Origin: Sphingomonadaceae bacterium | Lineage (GTDB): Bacteria > Chloroflexota > UBA6077 | Direction: 5' to 3' | NCBI GenBank assembly: GCA_050261575.1 | Contig: JBLNDL010000015.1 | Location: 1 to 62,413 of the forward strand | DNA length: 62,413 nucleotides | In this document: positions 1 through 7,190 of the stretch, piece by piece | How positions within the stretch are numbered: position 1 is the first letter of the stretch | Layout of the letters: each line of letters begins with the position of its first letter | The notes under the pieces: model-generated | Told to the model about the DNA's origin: nothing | The model's input: the letters and a program-made list of their open reading frames with translations, nothing else | Database searches by the model: none | Translations under genes and position numbers: made by a program

Positions 1-58
1 GGGCCCCCCCCCCCCCACTTTCTGGATTCCTCGGTGGCACCAGCTTGCGGTCGCCGGT

Positions 59-1000
59 CTACCCGATCAGCGGCCGAGACAGGGGATACGGGCACCAGCC
101 GCGGCGACCGGTATTGCGGACACGGAGCAGATACCCGCGGCCCGCCACCATGTCCTCGCCAGCGCTGACGTACAGAGTGCCGAGATCTTCGCCCCCGAAG
201 GTGCAGTTCATCGGCAGGTCGGCTGGCACAGGATGCGACTCCAGGATCTGTCCGGAGGGTGTGATGACGTAGATCATCGGCCCCGCCCCCCTTCCGGACC
301 GGCCCGCGCAGGCGATGATATTGCCCTCCTCGTCCAGGCACATTCCCTCGACGCCGCGATGGGGACCACGATGGTCGCACCCAAACGACACCAGGACATC
401 GTAAGGGCCCAGCGTGCCGTCTTCGCGAACCTGGTAAGCACGCAGTTCGCGCTTGCCCTCCGGTTCTTCGCTGCTCTCCGACACGTACAGCGTCTTCTCG
501 TCCTTGGAGAACAGTATCCCACGTGGGTTTGTGGTGTCGAAGGTCATGCGGTTCACGTGCCAGTGGTCGTGACCCCTTGCCAGACGCAGCACCGACGCGT
601 GCTCCAACGGCTCGTGCATCTGCGGCCCGATGGTCGGTATCGGGCTGTAGGGATCGGTGAACCAGATCCTCCCCTTGCGATCGCAGACCAGATCGTTGGG
701 GTGGTTGTGGATTCGACCGTCGAGCCGCTGTTCCATTGGTGACGTCGAGCCGTCAGTGTTGAAACGCACGATCCTTCGGGTACCAGATTGGCAGCCATAG
801 AGGTTGCCCTCGGGAGAAAAGGTGAGCCCATTCACCCGATAAGTGTACTTGCGGAACAGGGAGGTGCTGCCATCCCCCGGATCGTAACGAAGGATGCGCC
901 CCTCGGAAACAACACTGAAGAGGATAGTCTTGCCGTCCCAGGCGAGACCCCCAACCGGGCCGCTGAAAGGGCCGGCGATCAGTTCGAACTCCCATGCCAT
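59..1000 (-). CDS. SMP-30/gluconolactonase/LRE family protein
   Basis: PNDLV..D..G.IWFTDP, P.GI.FS.D..TLYV and EGM..D.EGN beta-propeller motifs; ATG at 1000 with GGAGGT RBS. Confidence 0.85.
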   Translation of the reverse strand: MAWEFELIAGPFSGPVGGLAWDGKTILFSVVSEGRILRYDPGDGSTSLFRKYTYRVNGLTFSPEGNLYGCQSGTRRIVRFNTDGSTSPMEQRLDGRIHNHPNDLVCDRKGRIWFTDPYSPIPTIGPQMHEPLEHASVLRLARGHDHWHVNRMTFDTTNPRGILFSKDEKTLYVSESSEEPEGKRELRAYQVREDGTLGPYDVLVSFGCDHRGPHRGVEGMCLDEEGNIIACAGRSGRGAGPMIYVITPSGQILESHPVPADLPMNCTFGGEDLGTLYVSAGEDMVAGRGYLLRVRNTGRRGWCPYPLSRPLIG

Positions 1001-1017
1001 AACGGACCTCCTGCGCC

Positions 1018-1923
1018 CTACGCCTGACCGACGGGAATGCCGGGGATACTCAGTCGGACCCGATACACAGTGGTGTGCGTGGTGATAAACATGGTTCTCC
1101 AATCGGAATCGCCCCATGCCATATTGGTGACGACACCCGGAACCCTGAGCCGACCGAGAAGCTTGCCCTGAGGGCTCACCACATGTATGCCAGCGGGTCC
1201 TGAGCAGTAGACGTTGCCCTCCACGTCTACCTTCATTCCGTCGGCGTGTCCAGGCTCGTTCCCGACCAGCTCGTAGAACACACGGCCGTTGGCCAATGTG
1301 CCGTCGCTCTGAACATCGAAGACCCGGATGTGGTACCGCTCCGTGTCGTTGATGTACATGAGGGTCTCATCGGGGGAGAAGCAGAGGCCGTTGGGGATAC
1401 CGAAGTCTTCCACCAGCAGAGAAATGTCTTCGCCGTCCTTGGAGATGCGGTAGACGCCCTGCCAGTCGAGATACCGCTGGACATCCTGGCCATCGTACTG
1501 GAATCCGGGGACGTAAAGCCCGCCTGCAGAGTCGGTCCAGTAGATTGAGCCGTCGCTCTTCACGACCACATCGTTGGGTGTGTTCAGCTTGACGCCCAGG
1601 TAGTGAGATGCCAGGGTGGTGGTCGAGCCGTCGTGCTCGACCCGCCAAACGCGGCGGGAACTCCATCCCGCCACGATCAGTCTGCCCTCCCTGTCCAGCG
1701 TCAACCCGTCGGCCTTGCCGCTCGGATTCATGAAGACCTGCGAGCCGACCCCCGGCGTCCACTTCCAGATCCTGTCGCCACCGATTTCGGTCCAGTAGAG
1801 GGCCCCCTCTCGGGCGTTCCACACCGGACCCTCGCCAAAGTACAGACCGGTCGCGATTGCGTCCAACTGAGAGTTCGGCGGCAGGATCCGCTCGAATCCA
1901 GGGGATACCATATCTGCGTCCAT
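1018..1923 (-). CDS. SMP-30/gluconolactonase/LRE family protein
   Basis: FGEGPVW, LNTPNDVVVKSDGSIYWTD, PNGLCFSPDE, DGMKVDVEGNVY motifs. Confidence 0.92.
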   Translation of the reverse strand: MDADMVSPGFERILPPNSQLDAIATGLYFGEGPVWNAREGALYWTEIGGDRIWKWTPGVGSQVFMNPSGKADGLTLDREGRLIVAGWSSRRVWRVEHDGSTTTLASHYLGVKLNTPNDVVVKSDGSIYWTDSAGGLYVPGFQYDGQDVQRYLDWQGVYRISKDGEDISLLVEDFGIPNGLCFSPDETLMYINDTERYHIRVFDVQSDGTLANGRVFYELVGNEPGHADGMKVDVEGNVYCSGPAGIHVVSPQGKLLGRLRVPGVVTNMAWGDSDWRTMFITTHTTVYRVRLSIPGIPVGQA

Positions 1924-1969
1924 TGTGACCTCCGCGTGGTTCTGCCGTGGCTGGATGGCATCTCCACTG

Positions 1970-3067
1970 CTACTGCTGGGCCTTCGCCTCCTGCAGCAGT
2001 GGCTTCACTTGCTTCTCTAGGTCGCCCCAGTGGGAGGACCACTCGGCGGTGCCCATGTAGTGAACCGTCAGGCCGACCTGCTCGCATCTGGCGTTGAACT
2101 CGGCGTCTTCGGTCATCTTCTTGGAGAGGGCGGCTAGCTTCTCGATGATCTCCTTTGGGGTGCCGGCTGGCGCGAGCAGCCCGCGAGAAAGCACCATCGG
2201 CACATCGAATCCCTGGTCTTTCAGCGGCTTCACACCGGGAAGGAACTTGTTCTCCTGGCTGCCCGTGACACCAAGGGGTCGGATATCGCCGGCCTTCCAC
2301 CCACCCAGAATGGTTGCCGCGCCACCGACCATGACATCGGTGTGTCCGCCCAGGAGCGCCGCGAGGTTGTCGCCGTCACCGTTGAAGTGCACGGAGGCGA
2401 AGGTCGTTCCCGCCGCCTTCCCGAGCATTACCGTCTCCAGATGCGTCGGAGACATGTGCCCCTGATCGCCGACTTTGATCTTCTCGGGGTTTGCCCTGGC
2501 CGCATCTACCAGATCCTTGATGGTCTTGTACGGACTGCTGCCCTTCACGCTGAACACGTTAGGTTCCATCACGACAGCGGCTATTGGCATCAGGTCCTTC
2601 CGGCTGAAGGCAGCCTTACGCTCCTCATCCAAGTAGACCAAGATGGTGGTTGGCTGGGAGGTCATCGCGAGGGTATATCCGTCGGGCTTCGCCTTCGCCA
2701 AATCCGTGATGCCCACCTGAGTGGTAGCCCCAGGCTTGTTCACTACCACAGTGGGGGTGCCAAGCTCCTTCTCAAGGAAGGCGGCCATCAGGCGCCCCAG
2801 GGTGTCGTTGGTGCCGCCCGAGAAGGGCACGATGAGGTTGATGGTCTTGCCCTTTTCCGGATACGTCGTCTTCTCCACCGGCGCTACGGTCGGCTGCGGT
2901 TTCGCAGCGTTCGTGTCGGGCTGGCTGGCCTTGGTCGGTTCGGCTAGGCTGGCAGTAGCCGTCGTGGACGCCGGTGTAGAACCAGGCGATGCAGCCTGAC
3001 TGCATCCGATCGAAGCCATCAGCATGGCCGCAAGCGTCACCAGGATCAAGGGAAATGCACGCGTCAT
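1970..3067 (-). CDS. TctC/Bug-family tripartite tricarboxylate transporter substrate-binding lipoprotein
   Basis: Lipobox-like IGC, P/T/A linker, YPEK..I.LIVPF.GG, VVNKPGA, AKPDGYTL, LLGGH.D, APAGTP; start 3067 or 3079. Confidence 0.9.
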   Translation of the reverse strand: MTRAFPLILVTLAAMLMASIGCSQAASPGSTPASTTATASLAEPTKASQPDTNAAKPQPTVAPVEKTTYPEKGKTINLIVPFSGGTNDTLGRLMAAFLEKELGTPTVVVNKPGATTQVGITDLAKAKPDGYTLAMTSQPTTILVYLDEERKAAFSRKDLMPIAAVVMEPNVFSVKGSSPYKTIKDLVDAARANPEKIKVGDQGHMSPTHLETVMLGKAAGTTFASVHFNGDGDNLAALLGGHTDVMVGGAATILGGWKAGDIRPLGVTGSQENKFLPGVKPLKDQGFDVPMVLSRGLLAPAGTPKEIIEKLAALSKKMTEDAEFNARCEQVGLTVHYMGTAEWSSHWGDLEKQVKPLLQEAKAQQ

Positions 3068-3273
3068 CGCTCGTCCCACCTCTCCTTAAAGAGTTCTCGT
3101 GGAGGCCGCGCCATCGCGGCCTCTTCTCCGTGCCCCGTCAAACCCTGATTGTGCTTAAGCACTGCGACTTGAGATGCGATGAGATCGCCAGAGAGTCCAT
3201 GGCCAGGCCCCGAAGCGGGCGCTGCGCGGTGCCGTCTGGACCCGCCTTCCAGGACGGACCAACGATCGTCTGC

Positions 3274-4926
3274 TCAGCCCCACGACGCCAGCACGTTGAC
3301 GTCGGTCACGACGTCGACGACCACCGGCCTGTTGGCTGCTAGCGCCCTCTTCAGAGCGCTTTGCAGTTCGTCGGGCCGCTCCACGCGGATACCCAGGCAT
3401 CCAGCAGCTTCCGCCATAACCACGAAGTTGGTCTTGTTGAACACCCACATTTCGTGGGCTCTCCCCCGCTGCTTCCCTCCGTAAGCTGCGTCGAAGCCTC
3501 GTTGCGTCTGGCCCAGAGCCCCGTTGTTGTTCACTACCACGACCACGTTGATGCCCAGGCGTGCTGCGGTCTCCAGTTCAACCATGTGGGGATAGAACCC
3601 GCCGTCGCCGGTGAAACACACCACACTGGAGTGCGGAAGTGCGCACTTCACCCCGATCGAGGCAGGGAAGGCCCAACCAAGAGTGCCTGCGCATCTGATG
3701 AACCTTTGTCCGGGCCTCTTCAGTTCGACCATGGTCCCGCACCAGATCGAAGCGTGGCCGGTGTCAACAACCAGGACGCCGTCCTCGGGGAGAGCATCGG
3801 TGATCTCTTTGCAGACTCGCTCTGGCCGGATCGGAATAGCATCCGAACTGAGCAGGGGGGCCACCTCCGCGAGCCAAGCATCCTGCAGCGCTCGCACCCG
3901 CTGGAGCCATGCGGATCGTCCTGGCCCGGGCTCGACCACGTCGAGAAGCCGTTGCAGTGTCGCCTTGGCATCACCCACCAGCGCGACCTTTGCCGGGTAG
4001 TTCCTACCGATCTCCGCCGGATCTATGTCCAGTTGGATGACTGGGGTGCCGGGCCGGGGGAATCTCCAGTTGTTGGTCGTCATGCCTCCCGCCCGAGTTC
4101 CGATGAAGAAGACGAGATCGGCCTCCTCCACGGCCTGATTGGTGGACGGACGGCCGTATCCTCCCATCGTGCCCGCGGAGAGCGGGTGGTCTTCAGCGAT
4201 GGTTCCCTTCCCGGTGAGCGAGGTCGCCACGGGTATGGACAGCCTCTCGGCCAGCTTCACCACCTCAGATGCAGCCTCCGAGGCAATCACCCCGCCACCT
4301 GCCACGATGATGGGTCTTTCAGCCGAGGCGAGGAGTGCAGCGGCCTGCCGAACCGGCCCCATTTCGGGCTCCGGTCTGTGGGCTGGATACCTCGTGTAAC
4401 GCTCCTCGATGAGCAGCTCGAAGTCACCGTTTGCCGACAGGCCCTCCCCGATGCGCCCCGGGATCTCGAGGTGAACCGGCCCAGGTGCGCCGGTAGTGGC
4501 TGTCCGAAATGCCTGCCGCAGAAGGTCGGCTAGCCGGCTCGGTTTCTCCACCATGGCATTGAACTTGGTGACCGGATCGAACGCGGAGAAGTCTTCGATC
4601 TGCTGGTAGACATACCGATATCTCGTATCGGGGTGAGGACCACCGGTGATGGCGATGACCGGGGAGGAGGCCAGCCAGGCATCTCTGAGACCTGCGGCAA
4701 GGTTGAGCGCTCCAACCGACTGGGCCATGCAGATGCCCGGGCGGTGAGAGGCTCTGGCGAACCCATCGGCCATGTAGGCGGCTGCGATTTCGTGGTGGGT
4801 CGTCACCCGCCTGACCTGTAGGTCCTCCATCTCCGCCAGGGCGCGGCTCAATATGCTGGGAACAAAGAAGACGTGGGTTACCCCGTACCCGCTCACCGTC
4901 TCAGCGATCAGACGATCACTGCTCAT
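3274..4926 (-). CDS. Thiamine pyrophosphate-dependent enzyme (acetolactate synthase-like)
   Basis: HEIAAAYMADGFAR, PGPVHLEIP, GDGGF...NN TPP motif; start could be TTG 4935. Confidence 0.9.
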   Translation of the reverse strand: MSSDRLIAETVSGYGVTHVFFVPSILSRALAEMEDLQVRRVTTHHEIAAAYMADGFARASHRPGICMAQSVGALNLAAGLRDAWLASSPVIAITGGPHPDTRYRYVYQQIEDFSAFDPVTKFNAMVEKPSRLADLLRQAFRTATTGAPGPVHLEIPGRIGEGLSANGDFELLIEERYTRYPAHRPEPEMGPVRQAAALLASAERPIIVAGGGVIASEAASEVVKLAERLSIPVATSLTGKGTIAEDHPLSAGTMGGYGRPSTNQAVEEADLVFFIGTRAGGMTTNNWRFPRPGTPVIQLDIDPAEIGRNYPAKVALVGDAKATLQRLLDVVEPGPGRSAWLQRVRALQDAWLAEVAPLLSSDAIPIRPERVCKEITDALPEDGVLVVDTGHASIWCGTMVELKRPGQRFIRCAGTLGWAFPASIGVKCALPHSSVVCFTGDGGFYPHMVELETAARLGINVVVVVNNNGALGQTQRGFDAAYGGKQRGRAHEMWVFNKTNFVVMAEAAGCLGIRVERPDELQSALKRALAANRPVVVDVVTDVNVLASWG

Positions 4927-5005
4927 GAAGACCAAGGGACAACCTCCGAAGCTGGTGAGATTCAACCGTGATGACCCGGTCGGAGCGTGTAGGCTCAGCG
5001 TTGGA

Positions 5006-5413
5006 CTACGCGACCACAGCCGCTATTCCTGCTTTGACCACTTCTTCGTCCTCCTCTGAGGTTCCCCCGCTGGCGCCGACGGCTCCGACCACCTGTCCAG
5101 AGATGAGGACTGGAAGCGCTCCTTTTCCTATGACCGCCCTCCCGCGAGTCGCGGTAGAGACGCTGGCGAAGAAAGCATCCCTGTTCGCGGCGCGCTTCTC
5201 GACCTCGGCGCTGGGCATGCGCCACGCGGCGGCGGTCACCGCCTTGCCGGTCGCGATGTCGGGTGCGAGGAAGCTCGCCCCGTCCATCCTCGAGAGATGG
5301 AGAAGGTTGCCTCCCTCGTCCACGACCGCCACCGCTACTCTGATGCCCATTTGCTGCGCACGAGCTACCGCAGCCTTCGTGATTCGTTCGGCGGTCTCCA
5401 GTTGCAGGTTCAT
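5006..5413 (-). CDS. GlcG/HbpS-family heme-binding protein
   Basis: VAVVDEGG.L...RMDGA, A..KA.TA, GAVGASGG.SEED; ATG 5413 with AGGAGG RBS. Confidence 0.88.
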   Translation of the reverse strand: MNLQLETAERITKAAVARAQQMGIRVAVAVVDEGGNLLHLSRMDGASFLAPDIATGKAVTAAAWRMPSAEVEKRAANRDAFFASVSTATRGRAVIGKGALPVLISGQVVGAVGASGGTSEEDEEVVKAGIAAVVA

Positions 5414-5576
5414 GTAGCCTCCTTCTTCATGGTATGGTTTCGCATCCGTGGAACGCAGCAGGCGGACGACGAGCAGGCAAGTGGGAAGAGTCGCGGCCCG
5501 AGCTCCGGGATGCATGGCGGATCCGGGCGCCTGGCCCACGATGAATACGCGGGTGGCCACCCAGGCACCAAATGAG

Positions 5577-6392
5577 CTAGCTCCTGCCGTTTGGCCCCCT
5601 GCTGGCGGTCTCGGTCAAGAGACCTGCGGCGCCCAGCAGCGACGAGATCCTGCTTGCGGCCTCCCGAACCGATTCCACCAGCGACTGCTCACGGTCGGGG
5701 GTGAAACGAGTGACGGGAACTGCCACGCTCAGGGCGGCCAGCAGACGCGGCGGCATGCCTCCCCAAATGGGCGCCGCAACACAGGCGTTGCCCGCGACGG
5801 CCTCTCCGACGCTGCGGGCCCAGCCCTGCGCCTTGACCAAGTCCAACTCGCGCCGTAGCGCGATCGGATCCGCTATCGTGTTATGGGTGATCTCTTGGAG
5901 GCCGCTGGCGAGGACCGTCTCCAACTGTTCCGCGGGGAGATGGGCCAAAAGCACCTTCCCTGCGGCGCCTGCATAGATCGGTATCCTGGTTCCGATAGAT
6001 ACCACCGATCTCACACCCTGACGGCTCTGCACGCTTTCGACACAGACGCGTTCGGCCCCGTCGGCGACGAATAGGTCAACCGTCTCATCGCAGCGGTCGC
6101 GCACGTCGCACATGACTGGGTAGGCGACCCGGCGGAAGTCGAGTCGCTCCAGGAAGCGAGCCCCCAACTCCAGAATCTTGGTCCCCAGGACGTATCCCTC
6201 GGATTGTGCGTCCTTTCGCACGAAGCCGTGGGCTTCGAGGGTCGTCAGGATGCGGTGTGTCGCCGTGAGAGGGTATTCCAGAGACCGGGCCAACTCCCTG
6301 GTCCCGATGGGCGAATCGGAGCGGCTCACCAACTCCAGAAGGCTCAGGGCCCTATCGAGTGCTCTAGAGGTATCGAAACCAGTCTTGTTCAT
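5577..6392 (-). CDS. IclR-family transcriptional regulator
   Basis: RAL.LLE wHTH, G.R.P.YA.A.GK.LLA, CVAAPI C-terminal domain; start uncertain. Confidence 0.92.
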   Translation of the reverse strand: MNKTGFDTSRALDRALSLLELVSRSDSPIGTRELARSLEYPLTATHRILTTLEAHGFVRKDAQSEGYVLGTKILELGARFLERLDFRRVAYPVMCDVRDRCDETVDLFVADGAERVCVESVQSRQGVRSVVSIGTRIPIYAGAAGKVLLAHLPAEQLETVLASGLQEITHNTIADPIALRRELDLVKAQGWARSVGEAVAGNACVAAPIWGGMPPRLLAALSVAVPVTRFTPDREQSLVESVREAASRISSLLGAAGLLTETASRGPNGRS

Positions 6393-6612
6393 CGGGTCCG
6401 ACCCAGCAGAGTAGAGTTGGAACGACTGTTCCGGAACAGTCGTTCCGAGTAGGCGTACCATCGCACTTTCGATTCCGGGCGTCAATACCCCCCTGCGGTA
6501 TCACCGATGCCTGCCGTCAGCATGTAAGGTGATCTCCTCGTGCACCATCCCAACGCAATCTACACCGGTTGCGCCTGACGGCAGTGATCTCCTCGCCTCC
6601 AGCGTCAAGCCC

Positions 6613-6642
6613 TTGCACCCGGCAATCGGTATCTGTTATCAT
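6613..6642 (+). promoter_or_regulatory. Sigma70-type promoter for the T-box/tRNA/leuS transcript
   Basis: TTGCAC (6613-6618), 18-nt spacer, TGn-TATCAT extended -10 (6634-6642) just upstream of Stem I. Confidence 0.65.
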
Positions 6643-6827
6643 TTCCGTGCGTTGAGCGGGAGCAGTAGGCCACTTCAAAGCAGAGAGCCGGGAGGGTGGA
6701 AACCGGCAGGGCAGGCAGAGCGCCGCAGGCCGAACTCGCCCGGGAGCAGCAGCGGTGAAGGCCAGTAGTCGCTGCCGGTTGGCGGCCGTTACAGCGCCAG
6801 CGAGCGGACGGGCGGATCCCGAATCAT

Positions 6828-6902
6828 GGGGCAGTGGCGCAGCGGGAGCGCGCTTCCTTGGCATGGAAGAGGTCAGGGGTTCAATTCCCCTCTGCTCCAC
6901 CA
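6828..6902 (+). tRNA. tRNA-Ala (anticodon GGC)
   Basis: Cloverleaf: acceptor GGGGCAG/CTGCTCC with G3:U70, D-stem GCGC/GCGC, anticodon arm CTTCC-TTGGCAT-GGAAG, T-arm AGGGG-TTCAATT-CCCCT, encoded ACCA end. Confidence 0.97.
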
Positions 6903-6995
6903 CGAGGGGCTCCTCGCAATCGGGAGCCCCGGCATCCCACTCGACCGTGGGACAGGGATCGAGACAAACGTCAAACAGGGTGGTACCGCGGAACG

Positions 6996-7030
6996 GCCTT
7001 TCGCCCCTGAACTCGGGCGAGAGGCTTTTT
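6996..7030 (+). terminator. T-box intrinsic terminator
   Basis: GCCTTTCGCCC/GGGCGAGAGGC hairpin followed by TTTTT; overlaps the antiterminator 3' strand CCCTG (7005-7009). Confidence 0.9.
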
Positions 7031-7190
7031 CGTGTTCCCTCGTTGGGGTCTCCGTGGGGACCGCCTTTGTAGACCACGGGCGCGGCAGGGGACACGCGAC
7101 GCGAGCGAGCACGCGAGGCGAGCGAGCACAGCCTCGCGGTCACGCCTGCCCCACGGACCACACAGCAGGCTACGCAGCGGAGGTCGACGG

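Larger units (their letters stand above)
6649..7030 (+). promoter_or_regulatory. Leu T-box riboswitch (specifier CUC) upstream of leuS, with tRNA-Ala inside Stem III
   Basis: AGTA 6664-6667, AGAGA bulge 6682-6686, GGTGGAA distal loop 6695-6701, GAA-CTC specifier 6732-6737, Stem II GAA/AGTA 6757-6767, CCGTTA 6786-6791, T-box AGGGTGGTACCGCG 6977-6990. Confidence 0.93.

Noticed and set aside
1..20. Long poly-C run as a phase-variation tract
   Set aside because: It sits at the window edge with no gene context and may be a contig-end artefact.
6828..6902. tRNA-Ala as the attachment site of a genomic island
   Set aside because: No integrase, no duplicated tRNA 3' end, and the T-box continues intact on both sides.
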